From assembly GCA_964480775.1 (NCBI GenBank), contig CAYZRF010000016.1, positions 1-32,000 on the forward strand: DNA of 32,000 nucleotides, written 5' to 3'. The stretch's first letter is position 1, and every line of letters starts with the position of its first letter. The translations under genes were made by a program, and so were the position numbers. A model generated the notes under the pieces. That model was not told the DNA's origin and did not search any database. It was given only the letters and a program-made list of their open reading frames with translations. Positions 16,424 through 24,769 of this stretch are shown one piece after another. Source of the DNA: an uncultured Nitrososphaerota archaeon. GTDB lineage: Archaea > Korarchaeota > Korarchaeia > Korarchaeales > Korarchaeaceae.

Positions 16424-18007
16424 ATGGGCTTTGGAAAGGATTCAATGAAAGCCGAATCAGCATTTGTGAACGGAGTTATATTCACCCCCTCAGGAAGGGA
16501 GGAGGCTTTAGCTGTTTATAAAGGAAGAATAATAAAGATAGGGACAAACGAAGAGATAAGATCTTTAGTTGGGCCTGAGACCAAAGTGATGGATCTCAAG
16601 GGAAAGACAGTATTACCTGGCTTAATGGACGCTCATGTTCATCTCTCTATGTACGGACTTGCTCTCAGTCAGCTAGACCTTAGAGGTGCTAAATCGATAA
16701 AGGAAATCAAAGAAGCTGTGAAGGAAAAGGCATCATCTCTATCCAAAGGAGAATGGATCTTAGGGAGAGGGTGGGATCAAGAGCTATTTGAAGAGAAGCG
16801 ATACCCGACAAGATGGGATTTAGACGAGGTCGCTCCAGATAATCCCGTATTCTTGAAAAGGGTTTGTGGCCACATAGCTGTGGCCAACAGCAAGGCCCTC
16901 GAGATTGCTTCAATATCAAAAGATACAGAGGATCCACCGAGAGGTAAAATAGATAGAGATGAAAACGGAGAGCCAACGGGAATCTTAAGAGAATGGGCTT
17001 TGGAGTTAATTTATGAGAAAATTCCGCCTCCAAGTTTAGAGCAGCTAAAAGAAGCCTTAGCAAAGGCTATTAAGGAAGCTGTAAAGAGAGGACTAACCAC
17101 AATTCACTTCATATGCTCTGATATGTTTCCTAATGAATTTCGGGCTCTTCAACTCCTAAGAAAGGAGGGAAGATTGCTTTTAAGAATCTATTTAATTCCT
17201 CCGTACGCTTTCTTAGAGAAACTAGAAGAAATAGGCATCTTTACTGGATTTGGAGATAACATGCTAAGGATTGGAGGAATAAAAATACTGGAGGACGGCT
17301 CCTTAGGTGGAAGGACAGCAGCACTTGAGGAACCCTATGCAGACATGCCAGAAAAGAAGGGAATGTTGATTTACTCTCCAGAAGAACTAAAAGAGATGGT
17401 TCTAAAGATCCATAAGGCTGGATTTCAAGCAGCAATCCATGCTATAGGGGATAGGGCCATCAATGTGACCTTGGATGCGATAGAATATGCTATAAAGCAT
17501 GAACCAAGGGACCACAGGCACAGGATAGAACACGCATCGGTTGTTAATCCTAAAATAATTGAGAGAATGAGAAAACTTAATGTCGTTGCAGTTTGCCAGC
17601 CCCACTTCATATTTACTGATTTTTGGGCAAAGGACAGGCTTGGACCGGAAAGAGCAAGGTGGACTTATGCCTTGAAATCACTTAGAGAGAATGTTGTTGT
17701 GGTTGGTTCCTCTGACTGCCCCGTTGAACCTATAGACCCACTAAGAGGAATTTGGGCCGCAGTAACTAGACCGTTTTTGCCCGAAAATGAAAAACTAACA
17801 GTTGAGGAAGCCATTGAAATTTACACGAAAGGAGGCGCTTATGCATCGTTCGAAGAGAATGAAAAGGGATCAATAGAAGAGGGAAAGCTAGCGGATCTTG
17901 TAGTGTTATCTGAAGACCCAACAAAAATCGATCCTGATAAAATAAAGGACATAAAAGTTGATATGGTAGTGGTTGATGGGAAAATAGTTTACGAGAGAAA
18001 AACTTAG
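16424..18007 (+). CDS. Amidohydrolase-3 (YtcJ-like) metal-dependent hydrolase
   Basis: LPGLMDAHVHL, HAIGDRAIN, HRIEHAS and SDCPVEPIDP. A possible true start is the ATG at 16445, about 26 nt downstream of the centre of the TATTTAAAA box (16414-16422), which would make the transcript leaderless. Confidence 0.88.
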   Translation: MGFGKDSMKAESAFVNGVIFTPSGREEALAVYKGRIIKIGTNEEIRSLVGPETKVMDLKGKTVLPGLMDAHVHLSMYGLALSQLDLRGAKSIKEIKEAVKEKASSLSKGEWILGRGWDQELFEEKRYPTRWDLDEVAPDNPVFLKRVCGHIAVANSKALEIASISKDTEDPPRGKIDRDENGEPTGILREWALELIYEKIPPPSLEQLKEALAKAIKEAVKRGLTTIHFICSDMFPNEFRALQLLRKEGRLLLRIYLIPPYAFLEKLEEIGIFTGFGDNMLRIGGIKILEDGSLGGRTAALEEPYADMPEKKGMLIYSPEELKEMVLKIHKAGFQAAIHAIGDRAINVTLDAIEYAIKHEPRDHRHRIEHASVVNPKIIERMRKLNVVAVCQPHFIFTDFWAKDRLGPERARWTYALKSLRENVVVVGSSDCPVEPIDPLRGIWAAVTRPFLPENEKLTVEEAIEIYTKGGAYASFEENEKGSIEEGKLADLVVLSEDPTKIDPDKIKDIKVDMVVVDGKIVYERKT

Positions 18008-18109
18008 CATCTTTGTATCAACCACTGTAAGCTCTAAAGTGGCTATTAGCGAACATCTCCAACTTATGCTCATGGTTATAGGTAATGCTCGAATTCAGCA
18101 TCAAGGTCG

Positions 18110-19552
18110 ATGATCATGACAGATCTCTTGATAAAACACGGGTTTCTCCTCACTATGACGGGAGAAGGTGTAGGAATGATAGAGGACGGGGCGATCGCCA
18201 TAGAAGAAGGAGTAATAGTTGCTGTAGGAAAGACTGACCAAGTTCTTAAAGAACATCCATCGGCCGACATAGAATACGATGCAAAACATAAGGCTGTGCT
18301 TCCAGGTTTTGTGGATGCTCATATTCATACAAGATTGACACTTCTAAGAGGAGAAGGGCAGGATGTACCGGAAATTGAATGGATGCTCAAAACGATGAAA
18401 CCCTTTAATCGATATATCAGGGAAGAACACATAGTTAAGGGTTCAGCACTCGGAGTCCTAGAAGCGGTAAAATCTGGAACCACTTGTTTTTGCGATATAG
18501 GTAGGAATATGTCTCTATTGGCTGAAAAGGTGTATGAACCATCTGGAGTTAGGGCTGTTCTTGGAGAAACGATAAACGAGATGGGACCAGAGTCTATGAA
18601 GGATCCAAACGAGCTCTATGTATTTGACAAGGAGGTTGGAGAAGTTTCATTCAAAAAAAGCATAGAACTCATTGAAAAGTGGAACGGAGCATCGAATGGC
18701 AGGATTACTTGCTTATTCGCGCCACATGCAGTGGATATGATGAGCAAAGAACTGCTTCTTAGAGTAAAAGAGGAAGCAGGGCGAAGAGGGCTTATGACCC
18801 ACATACATGTAGCTCAAGGCGGAAGAGAGGAGATTCAAGTGAGGAAGAGATATGGAAAATCCGCGGTAGCTTTTCTGGATGAGATAGGCTTTCTAGACTC
18901 GAGCATCATTGCTGCGCATTGCCATCAAACAACAGACGAGAAAGTAAAACTGATTGCAGAAAAAGGGGTGCATTATGTCAGCTGTCCTTCATCAATAGGG
19001 TTAATTGATGGAATAACCCCGCCTTTAGGTCTCTATTTGATGTTCAGAGGGACCGCTGCAGGTATAGGAACCGATCAGGCTAGTGGAAACAACAGTCATA
19101 ACATGCTCGTTGAAATGAAGGTAGCAGCTCTCCTCAACAAGACCAGACATAGAGATCCTACCGTCCTGCCAGCTTGGAAGGTGCTAAGGATAGCAACTAT
19201 TGAGGGGGCACGTTGTTTGGGACTGGATAATATGATTGGATCATTGGAGCCAGGAAAAAGGGCAGACATAGTTATACTCGACTTAAAGAGACCTCATATG
19301 ACGCCCGTGATAACAGACCCAGTGAGGAATATAGCTCCCAACATCGTGTATAGTGCTAGGGGAGATGAAATCGAAACTGTGATAGTAGACGGGAAGGTAA
19401 TAGTTGAAAACGGCAAAGTTCTGACACTAGACGAAGAAAAAGTCATGCAAGATGCTCAGAAAGCAGCTGAAGAAGTTACAAGTGCTGCTTCTGATGAATA
19501 TAAGAAAGCAGGATCAAGGTTAGTCTGGGCAATGGAACAAAAACTCCTCTAA
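18110..19552 (+). CDS. Amidohydrolase-1 protein of the TRZ/ATZ / MtaD / deaminase-like group, atypical HxxQ
   Basis: LPGFVDAHIHT (HxH), FAPHAV, THIHVAQGGREE, AAHC and IGTDQ. 480 aa. The start could be the second ATG at 18116. Confidence 0.85.
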   Translation: MIMTDLLIKHGFLLTMTGEGVGMIEDGAIAIEEGVIVAVGKTDQVLKEHPSADIEYDAKHKAVLPGFVDAHIHTRLTLLRGEGQDVPEIEWMLKTMKPFNRYIREEHIVKGSALGVLEAVKSGTTCFCDIGRNMSLLAEKVYEPSGVRAVLGETINEMGPESMKDPNELYVFDKEVGEVSFKKSIELIEKWNGASNGRITCLFAPHAVDMMSKELLLRVKEEAGRRGLMTHIHVAQGGREEIQVRKRYGKSAVAFLDEIGFLDSSIIAAHCHQTTDEKVKLIAEKGVHYVSCPSSIGLIDGITPPLGLYLMFRGTAAGIGTDQASGNNSHNMLVEMKVAALLNKTRHRDPTVLPAWKVLRIATIEGARCLGLDNMIGSLEPGKRADIVILDLKRPHMTPVITDPVRNIAPNIVYSARGDEIETVIVDGKVIVENGKVLTLDEEKVMQDAQKAAEEVTSAASDEYKKAGSRLVWAMEQKLL

Positions 19553-19581
19553 AAAACGTTTAGAAATGCCACCTTAGTTTG

Positions 19582-19610
19582 GCTATAGTTGTGAAATATA
19601 GCTTTGTTGT
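19582..19610 (+). terminator. Small hairpin GCTATA-N9-TATAGC followed by TTTGTTGT
   Basis: It sits 30 nt after the amidohydrolase stop (19552), in the convergent gap with livF. Confidence 0.3.
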
Positions 19611-19618
19611 CTAGTGCA

Positions 19619-20332
19619 TCAAGACACGATGCCTAGATAGAGCTTTCCAAGCTCAGGGTGAGCTAGTAGCTCCTTGGCATCTCCCTCAAACACGACTCTA
19701 CCACTTACAAGCAGGTAAGCTCTATCTCCTATTTCAAGTGCCTTTTTCGCACTTTGTTCTACCATAATGATGGTTAAGCCGAGTCGTTCCTTCAATTCTA
19801 CTATTTTCTGGATAACTTCGAAAGCAATCCTTGGAGCAAGATGGGCTGTTGGCTCGTCAAACATCATTACTTTTGGCTCCATGATAAGAGCCATTGCCAT
19901 CGCGAGCATTTGTCTTTCTCCTCCACTTAACGTCCTGGCTTTCCTTGGCATATAGTGCTTAATGCTGGGAAACACATCAAGAGCCATCTCCAATCTCTTT
20001 TCAAACTCATCTTTGTTTTTTATAAGGTAGCCAGCCATTATGAAGTTTTCTTTGACTGTTAGATTTGTAAATGTGCTTTGAAGTTGTGGTAGATAAGTAA
20101 TTCCTATCTTTGCCCTTTCATGTGCGGGAACAGACGTTATCACACTATCTCTAAACTTAATTTCACCAGAGTATATGTCAGTTAACCCCATTATTGTTTT
20201 TAGCAAAGTTGATTTCCCACTTCCATTTGGTCCCACTATTACAGTGATCTCTTCAGGATTTGCAACAAAGTTTACGTCATAAAGGACGTGGATCTTACCA
20301 TACCCTGCATTTAACAAATTTGTTTCGATCAT
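19619..20332 (-). CDS. livF: HAAT-family ABC transporter ATP-binding protein (LivF type)
   Basis: Walker A GPNGSGKST, signature LSGGERQML, Walker B MMFDEPT, C-terminal YLG. AGGTGA lies 4 nt upstream of the ATG, overlapping the livG stop. Confidence 0.92.
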   Translation of the reverse strand: MIETNLLNAGYGKIHVLYDVNFVANPEEITVIVGPNGSGKSTLLKTIMGLTDIYSGEIKFRDSVITSVPAHERAKIGITYLPQLQSTFTNLTVKENFIMAGYLIKNKDEFEKRLEMALDVFPSIKHYMPRKARTLSGGERQMLAMAMALIMEPKVMMFDEPTAHLAPRIAFEVIQKIVELKERLGLTIIMVEQSAKKALEIGDRAYLLVSGRVVFEGDAKELLAHPELGKLYLGIVS

Positions 20333-20340
20333 GCTTTCAC

Positions 20341-21096
20341 CTAACCCAAATAGGACTCTATTACTTTCGGATCGTTTAAGACTTCGTCAGGCTCTCCATG
20401 AGAAATTACCTTGCCCTCAGCCATTGCATACACATAATCTACGTACTGCATAGCGATATCTAGCCTGTGTTCGATTATGATGAAAGTAAGACCTAACTCG
20501 TCCCTTAATCTTCTTATATGAGAGAAGATTTCGTGAGCCAGAACAGGATTAACGCTTCCAGCAGGCTCGTCCATCATTATGGTTTCAGCACCAGTCATTA
20601 AGGTTCTTCCAATCTCTAATAATTTCAATTGTCCTCCGCTAAGCTCAAAAGAAGGTCTGTCCCATAGGTGATCTAACTTGAGAAGGCAAAGAATCTCAAA
20701 AGCCTTTTCGGCCATCTTTTTCTCATATTCTAACCATTTTTTCGAGAAGAGCGACCGAAGAAGATCTTCGCCAGGATTATGGGATGCGGTGAGTAAGTTC
20801 TCAAGGACAGTTAATTTTTGGAATGGTTGAGGAATTTGAAAAGTTCTAACTAAGCCGGTCCTTGCAATCAAATGAGGTGGTTTTCTCGTTATATCAATTC
20901 CTTTGTATACAATTTTTCCTTCATCAGGTTTGTAGAAGCCAGAAATACAATTAATTAATGTAGTTTTCCCACTTCCATTTGGTCCTATTATCAAAGATAT
21001 CTCTTTGTCCTTAAAAACCATATCGACACAATCTACAGCTTTTAGAGCACCAAAAGATTTAGAAAGTGAATGAATCTCAAGTTTTTGTCCTTGCAT
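20341..21096 (-). CDS. livG: HAAT-family ABC transporter ATP-binding protein (LivG type)
   Basis: GPNGSGKTT, LSGGQLKLLEIGR, IMMDEPAGSVNP, and the LivG-specific insert after Walker A. Confidence 0.92.
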   Translation of the reverse strand: MQGQKLEIHSLSKSFGALKAVDCVDMVFKDKEISLIIGPNGSGKTTLINCISGFYKPDEGKIVYKGIDITRKPPHLIARTGLVRTFQIPQPFQKLTVLENLLTASHNPGEDLLRSLFSKKWLEYEKKMAEKAFEILCLLKLDHLWDRPSFELSGGQLKLLEIGRTLMTGAETIMMDEPAGSVNPVLAHEIFSHIRRLRDELGLTFIIIEHRLDIAMQYVDYVYAMAEGKVISHGEPDEVLNDPKVIESYLG

Positions 21097-21119
21097 TTCT
21101 GGCCTATTCGAGAAGATCG

Positions 21120-21130
21120 AAATTTATAAG
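21120..21130 (-). promoter_or_regulatory. Internal TATA element (same 11-mer AAATTTATAAG) for livG-livF
   Basis: An identical 11-mer is centred about 30 nt upstream of the livG ATG (21096), which predicts a leaderless or near-leaderless transcript. Confidence 0.5.
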
Positions 21131-21226
21131 CCTTCCTCTCCTACCACCGGCGAGGCCATGATAGGAAAACCTATACAATCAATTACTAAAAAGATTCAAG
21201 ATAAATTTTCCTAAGTTTAGAGTTTT

Positions 21227-21232
21227 AAAAAA
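21227..21232 (-). terminator. Oligo-T (T6 on minus strand) tract after the liv binding-protein gene
   Basis: The minus strand reads TAA-ATCCTCCCCCTCC-TTTTTT immediately after the stop at 21246. Archaeal termination typically occurs at oligo-T. Confidence 0.4.
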
Positions 21233-21245
21233 GGAGGGGGAGGAT

Positions 21246-22598
21246 TTAAGAACCAAGCCCTACCTCCGCTGGAATAGTGACGTACCAAGTCACGCTATCT
21301 GAGAGCGGATCGTACACTCCAGCAAGAACCCAGTTCGGTTTACCTGGGCTGTACTGTTCAGTTCCTGGGCCGTACAGCCATTCATAGTCTTCTGGATTTT
21401 CTAATTCTCCTGGGTCATAGACTGCCCATATGTTGTATATTGAGGCTGCTCTATCTCCATCTTCGTTGAGAAGACACCATCCACTTACACCAAAGTAGGA
21501 GGCAGCAACTTGTGGTATGGCTTCCTTGACGACTTTAGGATCAGTGGATCCTGTCTCCAATATTGCCTTGGCAAATATCCATATGCTGTCGTAAAGATAA
21601 CAGGCATATGTTCCTGGCACGTATCCTACCTTCGGAATGAATTTCTCCTCGAATCTCTTGTACACATCAGATTTAGTAACACCAGCGTATGTTGAAAAGT
21701 GCCTGGTTGCCAATGCTGTATCTGGCTGTTCCTCTAATAGCTTAGTAGATCTAACATACCCGTCGTTTCCAAACCAAGGTATGCTCATAAGTGCAGGATA
21801 ATCTCTAGCGGTCGCTTGAATTGTGGAGATCTCTTCAAAACCAATGACTTCAACAGTTACAGCATCTTGCCCATACGTCTCAATTGCTTGCTGAACAGCA
21901 TCATTTATTGCAGATACTTCTGCGGAAAAGTCTGTTTTATCAGGGTCATACCTTATGTATTCGATGATGGTGCCCCCTAGCTCTTCAAATCTGTTCTTGA
22001 ACGCTGAATAAAGACCGTCTCCCCAGTCGTCTCCTCTCTGCAATACAGCCACTGCCCTTATTCCATAATCCCACAACATTCTTGCCATGGCAGGACCCTG
22101 AAGAAGATCGGTTGGGGGCAATCTGAAGAGGTTGTCCCCCGGGATTGCAATTTTCGGAGAAGTGGATCCGTCGCTTATCATGATTATATCATTGTCGTTT
22201 GCATATTCTAGGCATGCTTTGCAATGTGAACTCCATCTCATCCCAGTTACAAAGTGAACACCTTTTGCGTACAAGCTCTGCATTTTCTCAAGTGCTGTAA
22301 CAGCAGAGCCTTCTGCACATTCTATATATGCCTTAAATGTGACATTTAGGCCGATACTCTTGCAGTAATTGTTCACATCCTCTAGAGCAATTTCGATGAC
22401 CGGTTCCTCCCACTCCATCCCAGCAACGCTGGCGCCTATGTGGCCCAGCCAGATAGTCTTTCCCTCAAGAGGATGTTTTTCTACTGGAACCTCAACTTGC
22501 TTTACCTTCGATGGCGCCGCTCGCGTACCAATGGGATATCCAATTACCAGTCCGATGATGAGGGCAACAAGGATATACCCAACGATTTTGGATTCCAT
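21246..22598 (-). CDS. Type-I periplasmic-binding-protein fold (LivK/AmiC-like) substrate-binding protein with N-terminal TM anchor
   Basis: The N-terminal helix is IVGYILVALIIGLVIGYPIG. The body has PBP1-like alternating beta/alpha blocks (..IWLGHIG.., ..GVHFVTG.., ..DIIMISDGSTSP.., ..FRLPPTD..). The gene sits in a liv-type locus. Confidence 0.8.
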   Translation of the reverse strand: MESKIVGYILVALIIGLVIGYPIGTRAAPSKVKQVEVPVEKHPLEGKTIWLGHIGASVAGMEWEEPVIEIALEDVNNYCKSIGLNVTFKAYIECAEGSAVTALEKMQSLYAKGVHFVTGMRWSSHCKACLEYANDNDIIMISDGSTSPKIAIPGDNLFRLPPTDLLQGPAMARMLWDYGIRAVAVLQRGDDWGDGLYSAFKNRFEELGGTIIEYIRYDPDKTDFSAEVSAINDAVQQAIETYGQDAVTVEVIGFEEISTIQATARDYPALMSIPWFGNDGYVRSTKLLEEQPDTALATRHFSTYAGVTKSDVYKRFEEKFIPKVGYVPGTYACYLYDSIWIFAKAILETGSTDPKVVKEAIPQVAASYFGVSGWCLLNEDGDRAASIYNIWAVYDPGELENPEDYEWLYGPGTEQYSPGKPNWVLAGVYDPLSDSVTWYVTIPAEVGLGS

Positions 22599-22629
22599 TA
22601 AAGGATCACTGCATGAAGTTAATTTCCAT

Positions 22630-22640
22630 AAATTTATAAG
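22630..22640. promoter_or_regulatory. Shared, near-palindromic TATA element (AAATTTATAAG) in the 52-bp divergent liv intergenic region
   Basis: This is the only A/T box between the divergent start codons at 22598 and 22651. It lies about 38 nt from the minus-strand SBP ATG (with GTGATC SD 5 nt upstream) and about 60 nt from the ATG at 22696 on the plus strand. Confidence 0.5.
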
Positions 22641-22650
22641 TTTTCCCTAA

Positions 22651-23694
22651 ATGGGGACAACTCAACATTTTCTTGCACGTGAAGAGGTTGTAGAAATGTT
22701 TCCCCCAATTATTAAGGACGCAGTGATCTATGCTAATCTCATCCTTATGTTAGCAATAGGATTTACTTTAACATATCTAATCGCAAAGATCCCTAACTTT
22801 GCTCATGGCACATTTGCTGGCGTAGGTATTTACACAACTTTTTGGGTCGCAAGGCTCAAAGGTTTGAATCCATATTTATCTCCACCATTAGCCTTTATTC
22901 TAGGGGCTCTGCTAGGAACATTTGTATTTGTAGTTGTTATTCAGACTCTAAGGAAGTACAGGGCAACCCCAATATCCCTTACAATATCAACGATAGCCCT
23001 CGACATAATACTTGTGGCCCTATTGAACATTTATGCTGACTATGTAAGGCAAACGAGGGAAGAAACAATCTACTCAAGGGGCTTTCAATTGAGGAGATTT
23101 GATTTCAAAATTTTTAACTTACCGGGTGTGTTAATAGTTACTACCATACTAATAGCAGTATTGATAATTCTTATTCATTTGATGCTAACGAAAACAAAAT
23201 TTGGAATAGCTCTTAGGGCAACCGTTGAGAACTCTGATCTTGCTACAATGATGGGAGTGAATGTAGACCGAGTATCAACCTTTTCTTGGTTCATTACGGG
23301 AGGACTGGCAGCGCTATCCGGATCTTTTTTGCCTCTATGGTTCCAAGGGTATCCAGCAACTGGAAGCCTGCTTATGACTAGCGTTTTTGCAGCAAGCATC
23401 TTGGGAGGTGTAAGCAGCATTTACGGAGCTATGATAGGAGGTTACACTATCGGCCTTTCCGAAATTTTGATAACTTACCTTCTTGCGAGGTACGTTAGTG
23501 GTAGCTTGGCAGCCTATAGGTTACTAATTCCTCTATCCATACTTTCGATAACCCTCCTAATTGCCCCAACAGGTATAATGGGTCTCGTAGAGAAATACAG
23601 AGCAAAGAAGGCAACGGTAGCAAGAGAGGAGATGGGAAGGCCCGAGAAGGGTGAGGATCTTACAGAAAAAGGAAGGGAGGTTGTGGAAGGTTGA
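22651..23694 (+). CDS. livH: HAAT-family ABC permease (LivH type)
   Basis: Polytopic membrane protein with LTYLIAKIPNFAHGTF, FGIALRATVEN..LATMMGVNVD and IYGAMIGGY. The likely true start is the ATG at 22696 (GAGGT at 22684-22688, 7-nt spacer), because the shared TATA box lies only about 15 nt from 22651. Confidence 0.88.
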   Translation: MGTTQHFLAREEVVEMFPPIIKDAVIYANLILMLAIGFTLTYLIAKIPNFAHGTFAGVGIYTTFWVARLKGLNPYLSPPLAFILGALLGTFVFVVVIQTLRKYRATPISLTISTIALDIILVALLNIYADYVRQTREETIYSRGFQLRRFDFKIFNLPGVLIVTTILIAVLIILIHLMLTKTKFGIALRATVENSDLATMMGVNVDRVSTFSWFITGGLAALSGSFLPLWFQGYPATGSLLMTSVFAASILGGVSSIYGAMIGGYTIGLSEILITYLLARYVSGSLAAYRLLIPLSILSITLLIAPTGIMGLVEKYRAKKATVAREEMGRPEKGEDLTEKGREVVEG

Positions 23695-24767
23695 ATTCTG
23701 AGACCTTTCTGGTTTTCGTTCTTGATATTATTTCATTTTACGCGGCGTACCTTATAGTCGTCATCAGCCTAAACTTGCAATATGGTTACTCTGGCATCCC
23801 TAACTTCGGACTAGCTTTCTCAGTAGCTGGGGGAGCCTATGTCACAGGAGCTCTCACTGGAAGAATAGCAATGTGGTACTACGGGATAGATTCTGGTCTT
23901 GACTTCATAGACGATAACTCGTTCGTCACAGATATGATAAATGAACACCTAGCTAAGGACCCAAAAGGAGCGATGCTGATCTTCTTCCTAATGTTATTGA
24001 TATGTATAGGCGCCAACGCTTTGCTTGGGTTCATAGCAGCATATCCAGCCATTAGGTTGAGAGCAGACTACTTGATGATGACTTTAATTGCAATGGCCGA
24101 AGGAATTAGGGTTATTGGAGTGAACTATAAGAGGCTAGTCGGAGCGACATTTTGGATACACGTACCAGACCTCTTTGCGTGGTTAGGAGAATATAGAAGA
24201 TTAGTTGTAACCCTAACAGCCTTAGGATTTTCGTTCATGGTACTGTTTTTAGTGCACTTAATTGTAAACTCTCCAGCTGGAAGGCTTATAAAGGCTATGA
24301 GGGAAAACGAACTCACCGCTGAATCGGTAGGGAAGGATATTACAAGACTTAGAATGAAAATTGTGGTTCTAGGCGCCGTTTTAGCGTCATTTGCTGGCTT
24401 CTGGTGGTCAATCCTTAATGGCGTGGTTCTTTCAGCGGCTTATACTAGGAACGATTGGACGTTTTGGCCTTGGCTGATGCTCATGATTGGCGGAAGAGGA
24501 AATAACTTTGGCTCAGCGGTGGGAACAGGAGCTGTGATCCTGCTCAGGAGATTTATCATATATTACAAACACAGTCTTGAGCAATACATACCCTTCTCCG
24601 TCATCTGGCTGGAACGGATCCTATTAGGAACTGCTCTGATTATAATCATAACGTTCAGGCCAGAAGGCCTAATTCCTGAGAGGCCAATAATTGTGAGGGG
24701 AATAAAGAACTATCGCAGATTCTTAGACAAGATAAAAGGCAAGAAAGGTAAAGATAGTAATGGCTGA
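23691..24767 (+). CDS. livM: HAAT-family ABC permease (LivM type)
   Basis: YGYSGIPNFGLAFS, YPAIRLRADYLMMTLIAMAEGIR, AGRLIKAMRENELTAESVGKD and GGRGNNFG. The TTG start overlaps the livH stop (TTGA), and GGGAGGT lies 9 nt upstream. Confidence 0.88.
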   Translation: MNSETFLVFVLDIISFYAAYLIVVISLNLQYGYSGIPNFGLAFSVAGGAYVTGALTGRIAMWYYGIDSGLDFIDDNSFVTDMINEHLAKDPKGAMLIFFLMLLICIGANALLGFIAAYPAIRLRADYLMMTLIAMAEGIRVIGVNYKRLVGATFWIHVPDLFAWLGEYRRLVVTLTALGFSFMVLFLVHLIVNSPAGRLIKAMRENELTAESVGKDITRLRMKIVVLGAVLASFAGFWWSILNGVVLSAAYTRNDWTFWPWLMLMIGGRGNNFGSAVGTGAVILLRRFIIYYKHSLEQYIPFSVIWLERILLGTALIIIITFRPEGLIPERPIIVRGIKNYRRFLDKIKGKKGKDSNG

Positions 24768-24769
24768 AG

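Noticed and set aside
21161-21174. Small palindrome ATAGG-AAAA-CCTAT upstream of the livG internal promoter
   Set aside because: The arms are only 5 bp, which is within chance expectation, so I did not report it as a feature.
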